Source: Eledone cirrhosa
Lineage: Eukaryota
Assembly: GCA_964016885.1 (NCBI GenBank)
Contig: OZ024740.1
Span: 388,988,001-389,052,000 of the forward strand
DNA: 64,000 nt
Direction of reading: 5' to 3'
This document shows, piece after piece, positions 15,329-30,240 of this stretch. Position 1 is the stretch's first letter. Each line of letters starts with the position of its first letter. Below the pieces are notes generated by a model. It was not told the DNA's origin. It did no database searches and saw only the letters and a list, made by a program, of their open reading frames with translations. The position numbers were made by a program, and so were the translations under genes.

Positions 15329-17016
15329 TAAATTGAAACAAAATGAAAACGAAATTTCATTTCTCACTCTTAGTATGGCACTTACTTAAATGTAAGTATG
15401 CATGTATACGTACATACATATATGTATACAGACGTACAGTAGCATGCACATATATATATATATATACATATATATATACATATGCATACAGGTACACATA
15501 CATATATGCACGTATCAGTTTAGCGGCGCTAACGTCGCTTTGTTCGTTTGTAAACAAACTGAACAGCCTGAATTTATGCCATACGGTGTTAAGGCAACCA
15601 CGTCACCTTTTTGTTCAACACTGACACAGGAACGATGTACTAGTTTCAAGCTTGTTAGCTATCATCAGCACCGTTTACCCATCTGCCAGATAGTTGAACG
15701 TTCGAAAGTATATACTTTCCTTATGAAAATTAACGGCTGAGCAGCCTAATTTGCATATTGAGTGAGTTAAATCGGTCAGGCATACCGAAAACGATAAATT
15801 GAAACAAAATGAAAACGAAATTTCATTTCTCACTCTTAGTATGGCACTTACTTAAATGTAAGTATGCATGTATACGTACATACATATATGTATACAGACG
15901 TACAGTAGCATGCACATATATATATATATATACATATATATATACATATGCATACAGGTACACATACATATATGCACGTATCAGTTTAGCGGCGCTAACG
16001 TCGCTTTGTTCGTTTGTAAACAAACTGAACAGCCTGAATTTATGCCATACGGTGTTAAGGCAACCACGTCACCTTTTTGTTCAACACTGACACAGGAACG
16101 ATGTACTAGTTTCAAGCTTGTTAGCTATCATCAGCACCGTTTACCCATCTGCCAGATAGTTGAACGTTCGAAAGTATATACTTTCCTTATGAAAATTAAC
16201 GGCTGAGCAGCCTAATTTGCATATTGAGTGAGTTAAATCGGTCAGGCATACCGAAAACGATAAATTGAAACAAAATGAAAACGAAATTTCATTTCTCACT
16301 CTTAGTATGGCACTTACTTAAATGTAAGTATGCATGTATACGTACATACATATATGTATACAGACGTACAGTAGCATGCACATATATATATATATATACA
16401 TATATATATACATATGCATACAGGTACACATACATATATGCACGTATCAGTTTAGCGGCGCTAACGTCGCTTTGTTCGTTTGTAAACAAACTGAACAGCC
16501 TGAATTTATGCCATACGGTGTTAAGGCAACCACGTCACCTTTTTGTTCAACACTGACACAGGAACGATGTACTAGTTTCAAGCTTGTTAGCTATCATCAG
16601 CACCGTTTACCCATCTGCCAGATAGTTGAACGTTCGAAAGTATATACTTTCCTTATGAAAATTAACGGCTGAGCAGCCTAATTTGCATATTGAGTGAGTT
16701 AAATCGGTCAGGCATACCGAAAACGATAAATTGAAACAAAATGAAAACGAAATTTCATTTCTCACTCTTAGTATGGCACTTACTTAAATGTAAGTATGCA
16801 TGTATACGTACATACATATATGTATACAGACGTACAGTAGCATGCACATATATATATATATATACATATATATATACATATGCATACAGGTACACTGATA
16901 CGTGCATATATGTATGTGTACCTGTATGCATATGTATATATATATGTATATATATATATATATGTGCATGCTACTGTACGTCTGTATACATATATGTATG
17001 TACGTATACATGCATA

Positions 17017-17020
<4 letters not shown>
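15329..17020 (-). repeat. 466-bp tandem array (3.36 copies plus terminal inversion), one hammerhead per monomer; retrozyme-like
   Basis: Units start at 15329, 15795, 16261 and 16727 (identical ORF translations at +466); 16896-17020 is an inverted copy of part of the unit; (TA)n on both sides. Confidence 0.95.
15631..15675 (-). ncRNA. Type I minimal hammerhead ribozyme (copies at 16097-16141 and 16563-16607)
   Basis: AACGGTG-CTGATGA-tAGCT aaca AGCTt-GAAA-CTAG-TA-CATCGTT: stems I and II pair, palindromic stem III, GUA cleavage site. Confidence 0.9.
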
Positions 17021-17057
<37 letters not shown>

Positions 17058-17066
<9 letters not shown>

Positions 17067-17598
17067 TAAACAAATAATGAATAAACAATTCCTTATATTA
17101 AACAAAAAAAGTTCATTATTTAACGATCGTTTCTAGGGTATATATGTGTTATAATTGGTATGCATATTCAACAGATCTATGTACAAAATTATACAAAATT
17201 ATACAAATTATCAAGATTAAATATACATACCTAACACATATATACGCCGTCTTCAGAAATAATTATTTCTGAAGACGGCGTATATATGTGTTAGGTATGT
17301 ATATTTAATCTTGATAATTTGTATAATTTTGTATAATTTTGTACATAGATCTGTTGAATATGCATACCAATTATAACACATATATACCCTAGAAACGATC
17401 GTTAAATAATGAACTTTTTTTGTTTAATATAAGGAATTGTTTATTCATTATTTGTTTAATATTTTATCTTGACTCTGTATACCGTTTATCTTTCACCGAA
17501 AGTGGATTTTCATTACATCTCTTCTTTCCATGATATCCGGAATACATTGAGTTCTTCATACGGATTGGACACTACCGTAAACTCTTGGTAGATTTATC

Positions 17599-17600
<2 letters not shown>
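17058..17600. mobile_element. Spacerless ~410-bp palindrome (centre 17262/17263) made from a PLE pseudo-LTR; right arm longer
   Basis: 17058-17262 is the reverse complement of 17263-17467; flanked by (TA)n. Confidence 0.9.
17262..17410 (+). ncRNA. Hammerhead with ~115-nt stem II (mirror copy on minus strand at 17115-17263)
   Basis: ATTATTT-CTGAAGA-[gtatatatgtgtta...taacacatatatac long hairpin]-GAAA-CGATCG-TT-AAATAAT. Confidence 0.75.
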
Positions 17601-17646
<46 letters not shown>

Positions 17647-17767
17647 TGTAAATATATATATATATATATTTACATATTTATATATATTTACATATTTATA
17701 TATATATATATTTCGTTTCTGAATTTGTTTAGCAAGATTCTTTATCTGAAATCGTGTGTTGAAACCG

Positions 17768-18169
17768 ATATTGTTATACTTTGGGAGGGTCATGCTGCCA
17801 ATAAGAAACACACGCACCAGTTGCTTTCACTTCAATTTATTATATATTTATAAATTTATAAATTTACAAATTTACAAACTTATAAATTTCTGGTTGGTTG
17901 GTTGGTTGGTTCCACAACCAGATAGTTGTTTATATATAGTCATAGTCCTTTCGTCACACACTCTGTGACCTCTTCAGTGACTGGGGATTCCTTTCCTTTG
18001 TTTCTGTGCCTTTCCTTTCTTCTATCCTACGCCATTTTGTTTCTGTGTGTGTGTTGTGTGCTCAGTTTGCGCATGCGCCACATCCGGGTGTCTGTGTGTG
18101 TTTGTGTTCATTTATCTATTTGTTTATTTATTTATTTATTTATTTATTGTTGTATTCTTCTTTCTTCTC

Positions 18170-18175
<6 letters not shown>
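17768..18175 (-). mobile_element. Solo pseudo-LTR of the PLE family at 57184-58795, with HHR at 17938-17982
   Basis: Reverse complement closely matches 58445-58795; AGTCA-CTGAAGA-gGTCACA gagtg TGTGAC-GAAA-GGAC-TA-TGACT. Confidence 0.85.
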
Positions 18176-18207
<32 letters not shown>

Positions 18208-18287
18208 AATGAATGAAGTAATTCTGTCGGAAAAGTCCAGGAAAAAAGAGTGCTCTATGTAGGTAACAGAGCTTAATTATTATTATT

Positions 18288-18483
18288 ATTATGTAATAAA
18301 CAACATAAGGCAATTATTCCATTTACTAGTGGTTTCTTAAATGCAAAAGGTTTTGCTTTCAATCCTCAGAATGAAAAAATCCTGGTTAAACCAGGATTTT
18401 TTCATTCTGAGGATTGAAAGCAAAACCTTTTGCTTTTAAGAAACCACTGGTAAATGGAATAATTGCTTTATGTTGTTTATTAC

Positions 18484-18490
<7 letters not shown>
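18288..18490. ncRNA. Palindrome carrying two divergent hammerheads (- 18318-18375; + 18401-18458)
   Basis: TTCATT-CTGAGGA-TTGAAAGCAAAA cc TTTTGCTTTTAA-GAAA-CCACTGG-TA-AATGGA; mirror copy has a few substitutions. Confidence 0.85.
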
Positions 18491-18519
<29 letters not shown>

Positions 18520-18548
18520 CATATATATATATATATGTGTATATTTAC

Positions 18549-18581
<33 letters not shown>

Positions 18582-18592
18582 AATATATTTAC

Positions 18593-18630
<38 letters not shown>

Positions 18631-18634
18631 TTAC

Positions 18635-18680
<46 letters not shown>

Positions 18681-18940
18681 TAATATGTATGTGATGAAAC
18701 ACAGATACCAACACATCTGTATATATATTGCAAAAGAAAAATTTAGCCAGATTGAAGTATACTAATTATTATACTACAGTTTGTCCATATCGATTTAAAA
18801 TAATAAATCAACGAAGGCGAACTGTATTGCCAAGAGGCCGTGATGTTTAGACACATTTAAATTTCAAAATCAAACCTGTTCCGTAGATAAGTTTAAACTT
18901 TAAGATCCAAATATGTATATATATATATATATATATTTAC

Positions 18941-18971
<31 letters not shown>

Positions 18972-18974
18972 TAC

Positions 18975-19005
<31 letters not shown>

Positions 19006-19055
19006 TTTACATTTATATATATATATTTACATATTTATATCTATATGTATATATG

Positions 19056-21049
<1,994 letters not shown>

Positions 21050-21122
21050 TTACATATTTATATCTATATATTTACATATTTATATCTATATATATTTATA
21101 TATACGTATATATATATATATG

Positions 21123-21154
<32 letters not shown>

Positions 21155-21163
21155 TATATTTAC

Positions 21164-21276
<113 letters not shown>

Positions 21277-21289
21277 ATATGTATATATT

Positions 21290-22886
21290 TTAAGGTTTGT
21301 TGGTTCACCACTGGATAGAACTGGTCATTCCGTATGGTCAATCCTGGTGTAATATTGTGAAGAGTACTCAACGTAGTGCAGTTCACCCATCTTCGTTTGT
21401 GTAGTTAGTGGTGCGAATACGGAGTTAATTATAAATGAAATAACAGGAGGCTGGACTGGTGTAAATCCTTGAAAGGTTTATTATACTATGATCATTTCAA
21501 TGACCGGGTTCCATATGAATCCGGTGATATCATCAGGTATTGGAATATAACAAAGGAATATGTAAAAAGCCATGGGTCCGAAAAACAGAGAGGGCGGCTG
21601 ACCAACTAGCCTCACAGCCAGCCGCCCTCAAATTGTTGGCAACCGAAAACTACCAGTGAATATCTGGTACGGGGGCGCAAGCCTATCATGTACTACCACC
21701 ACTCCGTCAAAGAAGAAGGGGAAGAAAGAAAGAAAGGGAGAAAGAAGTGTAGTGTAAGGGTCAAACTTCAATCATGTTAGAAAATGCCGCGAAAAAATGC
21801 TACCAAAAGAATCTATAGTGGGTGTCTGTATGGTCTAATGTGTGAACAGAAGATTGGAACGCTAAACTTATGTTACGAGTTATAGGATGAAATAAATTAA
21901 ATTAAAAATATTATATTGCAAAATGGTAAATTCAAAAATAGAGGTAGCGAGATTTATTTATTTAACGAACTTTCGGAGAGAGTCTTATATGAAAAAAATT
22001 TTTTTATTTAACTCGATAAGATATTAGGATGGGATATAGAGTAAAGATTTCGATTGGGAGTCCCAGCCAGTACACCCACCACCATGAGGCCAGTCTCGAG
22101 TGGTATCGTCCAGCGAAAGAAATGGAAATTAATTTTTCAGAGTACTCTAGGAACGTAGCTAACTTTGGCCACGGGATCGCTAGCGGGAACCCCACAATTT
22201 CGACAGGCCATCGTCTATACCACGAATACTATTAAATCACACATTAGGGGTTTATTTACGTGTCAATAGAGGCATGATACAGCTAATAGTTGTGCCCAAA
22301 CCTGGAGTTTGTAGGTACAGGTATAATTAGGCGGCCAAAACAGGCGGCGCGGTGGGACTGGGGCTGAGCAAGCCACTCCGAGTAATTTCATTTACCGAAA
22401 GAGGAGAAATTTATTTTTCCGAGCACTCAAGGAAGGCTGAACTTTCCGAGTGCCCAGCGCGCAGCCGGGAAAAAGCCACCACACAAGTCAAACAATGAAA
22501 AGTGCAAATAGATCAAAATTATTTTTAATTATTTTAAAGTCCCAGTTAGTCCGGGTTATAGGTAGTGTGGTTCTTAGGTGGGTAGGGACCTATGAAGGTG
22601 CATAATGAACTGAGTAAGGAAAAGTTACAAAAAAATACCAATACATTGATAAAATACATTAATAAAATAATAGAAAATAATAAAATAATAAAATATACAT
22701 TAATGAGATAGTAAAAAAATTAATAGAGGTAAATAAGAGCCAATATAGATCAAGTTGTAGTAAGATAATATAAGTTGTACATATAGATACAGATATAGAG
22801 GATGGAGGAGATGGAATGGTAACAGATTGTACCTAGTGTAAAGTTCGGGTTCCGAATTTAGTGCGAGTCACAAAAAGTCCTGAGGT
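21290..22886 (-). mobile_element. Probable PLE 3' UTR/pseudo-LTR with HHR at 21483-21540
   Basis: ATAC-CTGATGA-[accggattc/gaacccggt]-GAAA-TGATCA-TA-GTAT; bounded by (TA)n; no intact ORF. Confidence 0.6.
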
Positions 22887-22892
22887 ATATAC

Positions 22893-23036
<144 letters not shown>

Positions 23037-23983
23037 AAAAGGAGATGAAATCGAAAATGCAACTGGAGTCTTATTTTTTTTTTAAATATATATATTTATT
23101 TGGTTCCTTTACCGGTTTCGCAATTCTTCTGCTTTTCAAAAGGTGAGTTGAGATGGAGGGTCTGTGGTTTTTCTCACATCTGGTTGGTCTCTGAATGTTA
23201 CTTGTTTTATATGGAAAAGTGGCTCGAAATGCCAGGTTTTTCGAGAAGTAATTTGATTGGTTTGTCAATAATTATAATAAATTTCGCGCCAGTTCGCGTT
23301 ACAATAGTTCTTCAAATAAGAGGGGGGCGGGTTGTCACAGGTTGTTTTTTCATATATGAGTGTTTGAATTTCTTTGTACTTGAAAAAAGGAGGCTCACGA
23401 AGGTTTTTTTTTGGTTGGTTATAAATGAAATTATGGCTGTCACGTGAACAAATTTTCATTAAATTTGTGTGCCCTTATTTGGAAATCCATTCTGTAGCCT
23501 TTTCAGAGAATTTTTTGATAAGTGAAAGATAATGGTCAAGAGAAAGGGATGGGAGAATTGTTCTGGTGCAGTGAATATGGTTAGTTCGCTGGGGTGTCAG
23601 AATTCAGATTTTCTATTGAATAAAGAAAGTAAAGATATGTGTGTTTATTTGTGTGCTTGTGTGTGTGTGTGCGTGTGTGTGTGTTTGAATTTCTTTACTT
23701 TAAAAAAAGGTGGCTCACGAAGGCTTTTTTTTAATAAACGTGATTTGATTGGTTATAAATGAAATTTGGCTGTCAGGTGAACAAGTTTTCATTACATTTT
23801 TGCGCCCTTATTTGGAAAACTATTCTGTAGTCTTTATAGTGAATGTTATGACAATGGAAAGATAGTGGTCAAGAGAAATGGGATTGGGAGAATTGTTCTG
23901 GTTCAGTGAATATGGTTAGTTCGCTGGGGTGTCAGAGTTCAGATTTTCTATTGAAGTGAAGATATGTATGTTTATTTGTGTGC

Positions 23984-24051
<68 letters not shown>

Positions 24052-24820
24052 ATGTGTGTATTGGAAGATGATTCTATTAGTAGAAATGGGGGAGGGAGTT
24101 GTGTGTGTGTGTATATGGGTGTTATGTGTGTGTGTGCGAGTATGTTAAGATGGAGAGAATATATATTTTGTGTGTGTGTATATATATGTGTGTAGGAAAG
24201 TGATTCTATTAGTAGAAATGGGGAGGGAGTTGTGGTGTGGGGGTTGTTATGTGTGTGTATGGGTGTTATGTGTGTGGGAGTATGGTTAGCATGTTAAGAT
24301 GAAGAGAATATATATATATATATATTGTGTGTGTGTGTATATGTGTGTGTAGGAAAGTGATTCCTTTAGTAGGAATATTTTTGAATGAACATATTTTCCT
24401 TACTTATTCGTGTTTGCTGTTGTATTGTCAGTGCAAACGTATGTTAAGGTTTATTTAGTTCGGGTTTTTATTTTCTAAAGTAGAAGGTGTTATGTGTGCG
24501 TGTGTATGTCATATTATGGTGTTGACATAATGTATATTAAACCATATTTAATGTTGGTCTATACTTTTGAATAAACATATTTTCCTTATTTATTCGCATT
24601 TGTTCTGTTGTATTGTTAGCGCAAAGGTAAAATGGGAAGACTTGGAATTAGGGTGTCTTATTACTTGCGCAAATGTCTAGATGTGCACTTAGTGGTATCT
24701 GTCTCGTGGTTGGATCTCGTAATTGTTGGCGATGAACTGTCATTCTGTTTCTGAGTGTGAGTTTAGTTTGTCCTATATAATCTTCATTGCATCCTTTACA
24801 TTTAATGGCATAAATTAGAT

Positions 24821-26419
24821 ATCCACCTCAGCCTGCGTGAACACACAATACCCCCACAGACCTTAAATTAAGACCAATTGTAGCGGGCCCACAATGTGAA
24901 ACACACAGATTGAGCAACTTTATAGACATACTACTGAAACCAATACTGAAACACATACCAAGCCTTGTAAGAGACGATCTGGACCTCTTAAACCACCTCC
25001 CCAAACATGTCAACAACGACACTATTATTGTGTCTTTCGATGTAGTGAATCTCTACACAACGATCCCACACCAATACGGACTAGAAGCAATAGGATTCTG
25101 GCTAGAGAAATATCCCAATGAGATACCTGACAGAATAGAAAAAAGCTTTATCACCGAGGGATTAAAATTCATCCTACAGAACAACTTTTTTGATTTCGAT
25201 GGCAATACATACAAGCAAATATCGGGGACTGCGATGGGTACAAAAGCCGCTCCAACTTATGCCAACTTAGTCATGGCATACTTAGAAGTCCAGATATATG
25301 AACAGTCCAAATCAAAATACGGATTGAACTTCCACAAATATTTATCAGAGAATTGGAAACGCTACTTGGATGATTGCTTCATTCTTTGGTCCCACACACT
25401 CGAACAACTGAAGGATTTCAAAAACTTAATAAACGGCATCAATAACCACATCCAATTCACAATTGAATACAGCCAAGATCAACTCCCATTTCTGGACATC
25501 TTAATCTTAAAAAAAGACACAAATATCGAAATTGACATACACTACAAACCAACAGATTCCAAACAATATCTGCTATTCACCTCCAACCATCCAAAGCACA
25601 CGAAGACGAACATTGCTTTTAACCTAGCAAGAAGAATTTGCACATTTGTCTCCAATTATGAAACGCGAAATAAAAGACTTCAAGAATTAAAGGAAATTCT
25701 ACTCGAGAGAGAGTACCCACTGTTACTAATAAATAATGGAATAGAAAGGGCTAAAGCAATAGGCATTGATGAATTACGGAAACAGAAACAAATTCAAGGT
25801 ACGTCCAATATTCTATCATATATCTCAACACACAACCCAAGAAATGCGGAAGCTTACAACACTATTCACAATAACATCCCACTACTAAAACAAAACCCAA
25901 GAATGAAAAAAGCCCTTGAAACACACAAAATAATCAAAAGCAAAAGACAACCAAAATCACTGAAAACATTACTCACCAATGCCAAATTACCTACCACAAA
26001 CCCACAACCAAGTATAAAAAAAATGTGGTCGCTCTAATTGTGGAACCTGCACTCACCTCATTGAAGGCAACACGTATACATTTAAATCAGAACAAAATTT
26101 TACTGTAAAAAATCACTTCACTTGCTCATCAAAAAATTTAATTTATGCCATTAAATGTAAAGGATGCAATGAAGATTATATAGGACAAACTAAACTCACA
26201 CTCAGAAACAGAATGACAGTTCATCGCCAACAATTACGAGATCCAACCACGAGACAGATACCACTAAGTGCATATCTAGACATTTGCGCAAGTAATAAGA
26301 CACCCAAATTCCAAGTCTTCCCATTTTACCTTTGCGCTAACAATACAACAGAACAAATGCGAATAAATAAGGAAAATATGTTTATTCAAAAATATAGACC
26401 AACATTAAATATGGTTTAA
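24821..26419 (+). pseudogene. PLE reverse transcriptase + GIY-YIG, 5'-truncated, one frameshift at an A-run near 26020
   Basis: LRPIV, SFDVVNLYT, GTAMGTKAAPTYANL, WKRYLDDCF, LPFLD, YKPTD, HP, then CGRSNCGTC and NLIYAIKC..YIGQT. Confidence 0.95.
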
Positions 26420-26920
26420 TATACATTATGTCAACACCATAATATGACATACACACACACACATAACACCTTCTACTTTAGAAAATAAAAACCCGAACTA
26501 AATAAACCTTAACATACGTTTGCACTGACAATACAACAGCAAACACGAATAAGTAAGGAAAATATGTTCATTCAAAAATATTCCTACTAAAGGAATCACT
26601 TTCCTACACACACATATACACACACACACAATATATATATATATATATTCTCTTCATCTTAACATGCTAACCATACTCCCACACACATAACACCCATACA
26701 CACACATAACAACCCCCACACCACAACTCCCTCCCCATTTCTACTAATAGAACCACTTTCCTACACACATATATATACACACACACAAAATATATATTCT
26801 CTCCATCTTAACATACTCGCACACACACACATAACACCCATATACACACACACACAACTCCCTCCTCCATTTCTACTAATAGAATCATCTTCCAATACAC
26901 ACATACACACACACACACAC

Positions 26921-26999
<79 letters not shown>

Positions 27000-27473
27000 A
27001 GCACACAAATAAACATACATATCTTCACTTCAATAGAAAATCTGAACTCTGACACCCCAGCGAACTAACCATATTCACTGAACCAGAACAATTCTCCCAA
27101 TCCCATTTCTCTTGACCACTATCTTTCCATTGTCATAACATTCACTATAAAGACTACAGAATAGTTTTCCAAATAAGGGCGCAAAAATGTAATGAAAACT
27201 TGTTCACGTGACAGCCAAATTTCATTTATAACCAATCAAATCACGTTTATTAAAAAAAAGCCTTCGTGAGCCACCTTTTTTTAAAGTAAAGAAATTCAAA
27301 CACACACACATACATACACACACACACGCACACACACACACAAGCACACAAATAAACACACATATCTTTACTTTCCTTATTCAATAGAAAATCTGAATTC
27401 TGACACCCCAGCGAACTAACCATATTCACTGAACCAGAACAATTCTCCCATCCCTTTCTCTTGACCATTATCT

Positions 27474-27653
27474 GTGGATTGGCAGTATCGGTAGAGGGTC
27501 GGACGCCATGCTTTCCAGCATAGTTACGTCCCTTTACGATCTGAGTTCAAATCCCGCCGAGGTTGACTTTGCCTTTCATCCTTACGGGGTCGATAAAATA
27601 AAGTACCAGTAATGCACTGGATAATTGCTGGCCTTGTGCCTAAAGTAGAAACA
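27474..27653 (+). mobile_element. tRNA-derived SINE inserted in one arm of the PLE inverted repeat, 7-bp TSD
   Basis: Same family as 9052-9235; TSD ATTATCT at 27467-27473 and 27654-27660; absent from the mirror arm near 23530. Confidence 0.92.
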
Positions 27654-28250
27654 ATTATCTTTCACTTATCAAAAAATTCTCTAAAAAGGCTACAGAATGG
27701 ATTTCCAAATAAGGGCACAAAAATTTAATGAAAATTTGTTCACGTGACAGCCATAATTTCATTTATAACCAACCAAAAAAAAAGCCTTCGTGAGCCTCCT
27801 TTTTTCAAGTACAAAGAAATTCAAACACTCATATATGAAAAAACAACCTGTGACAACCCCCCCCCCCTTATTTGAAGAACTATTGTAACGCGAACTGGCG
27901 CGAAATTTATTATAATTATTGACAAACCAATCAAATTACTTCTCGAAAAACCTGGCATTTCGAGCCACTTTTTCCATATAAAACAAGTAACATTCAGAGA
28001 CCAACCAGATGTGAGAAAAACCACAGACCCTCCATCTCAACTCACCTTTTGAAAAGCAGAAGAACTGCGAAACCGGTAAAGGAACCAAATAAATATATAT
28101 ATTTTTTAAAAAAATAAGACTCCAGTTGCATTTTCGATTTCAGCTCTTTTTCTTTATACTTTCACTCGTGTAGGACACCTCGGTTATTTTTCATTTTGTA
28201 AAAAAAACCTCACTTTCTAATATATATATATATATATCTATATATATATA

Positions 28251-28341
<91 letters not shown>

Positions 28342-28402
28342 ATATATACTTTAGAAAATAGCATATATTTTCAATAGCTCTGGCAGTTGGCAGGTGAACA
28401 GT

Positions 28403-28452
28403 GAGCTGTACTGATGAAGGGTGATACCCAGAAACATTAGTGTCTGCAGTTC
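28403..28452 (+). ncRNA. Type I hammerhead ribozyme
   Basis: GAGCTGTA-CTGATGA-aGGGT gat ACCCa-GAAA-CA ttag TG-TC-TGCAGTTC; all three stems pair, GUC site. Confidence 0.85.
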
Positions 28453-28719
28453 TGTTTACATGCCAGCACAAGAGCAAGGATGAAGTGTTCATTCTACTGA
28501 CATGGCTTTAACAATGAGGCTTGTTTGCATAATTGCAAACGAATCGAATGTTATTGATATTCGAAAAACTCAGATTACATTTATATATCTCTCTTCAATA
28601 TATGCCTGGTTCTATATAGATTCAAATACAGCTGTTTAACAAGTTAAATACATTTTGTGTAAGATAGTGAGTTTGCGGTAGTATATATATATATATAGAG
28701 AGAGAGGGGAGGACAAAGA

Positions 28720-28760
<41 letters not shown>

Positions 28761-29714
28761 AGCAATACTAAATTAAAAAAATTTAGAAAGTTTTTGATAC
28801 ACACAAAAAAGCTGTGAATTTATTTATGCTAGTACCATGTATTAGACATGTGTTATACGTTAGAGAAATATACATTATAACTGAAATACTATTTCTGAAA
28901 ATAGTGACGGTTTTCAACTTTGGCACAAAATCAGACTTGTTATGGGAGAGGAAGTTGCAGTTGATTTAATTGGCTCTAATCAGTAATGTAATAAAAGACA
29001 ATGTGTATTTGGCTGCCACACACTAGAATTGACTGAGGAAGGATGGGGTGATGACAAACTACAGAAAGTAGCGTCTAACAATCGCTACCCCTGTGTGAAT
29101 ATATATATAGCGAATTGGCTACACACATTGGCTATGTGTTTCTGTGTTTGTATCACTTATGTGAGTGAGCGCGAAGAAACCAACCACAAACAAATATCTC
29201 TGTTATATATTATGTATAGATATTACAATTAGCCGTCATTTTTGACGACACGGGGCCTGCTAGTATTTAATAAAAGACAAAGTCGACCTTGTATTTCAAA
29301 CCAGTATCAATGTGTTGAACCTAAATACCTGAAGCCATATTGTACAGCACTCAACAGATTTGCCATACATCAGCTCTTAGAATAATTTAAAAATTGTGAC
29401 ACTTGTTTTATTGACACCGGAAAGATGAAAAGTGCATCTAACAGAGGCGGAAATTGAACTCGGAACGTAAATGTACATGTCTAAATACATTCACATCATC
29501 TTAATGTAAAATACTGTAATAGTTAAACAGTTGAATATGAAGGAAGTTATAATGGCCTGGCTCAACCAATAGTAATGTTCAAACAGTGGGAAAATGCTGT
29601 GCCGTGAGGAAGGAGAGAAATCTAATATTTTGAGCAAAACCTATCATTAGTGAGAGATGAGTTATATAATGTAATAATTGTTTCTAATTTTGGCACAAGG
29701 TCAGCAATTATCCC

Positions 29715-29990
29715 AGTGTTTAATTCCCTCAAAAATGCAATATCTTACGAACAATGTGTTATTAATGTATCAGTTTACGTATTGTTTAATTACGAACGTT
29801 GTATTATTAATGTATTAGTTTACGTATTGTTTAATTCCCTCAAAAATGTAATATCTTACGAACATTGTGTTATTAATGTATTAGTTTACGTATTGTTTAA
29901 TTACGAACATTGTATTATTAATGTTTACGTATTGTTTACGTATTGTTTAATTCCCTCAAAAATGCAATATCTTACGAACATTGTGTTAAA
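29715..29990. repeat. Irregular minisatellite
   Basis: Recurring blocks tttaattccctcaaaaatg, ttacgaacattgt and attaatgtattagtttacgtattg. Confidence 0.8.
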
Positions 29991-30074
29991 GAATTTATGT
30001 TAAAATACAACATATGTATGTAACAAAGTAGATACCGAGGTGACCAAATAGATATTTAAGGCGTTTGATAAAAA

Positions 30075-30240
30075 TCTATATATATATAAAATTCTTGGTC
30101 TGTCTGTCTATCTGTTCCTATGCATTCGCAAACGACTGGACCAAATCAAATCAAATTTTACAATTTGACACACCCCGGGTGTGTCAACAAGTAATTTTTA
30201 TTTTCATTTGGATTAAAACAATATATTTTATCTAAAATAA
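30075..30240 (+). mobile_element. Helitron-like 5' end
   Basis: A|TCTATATATATATAAAA followed by (tctg)n and a ...ctggaccaaatcaaatcaaatttt motif. Confidence 0.45.

Noticed and set aside
15343-17061. Repeated 93/112-aa ORFs as a tandem gene family
   Set aside because: Largely microsatellite-derived and without a recognisable domain; the repeat is better explained as HHR RNA
27474-27560. tRNA gene
   Set aside because: A/B boxes only, no cloverleaf; continues into a SINE body with TSD
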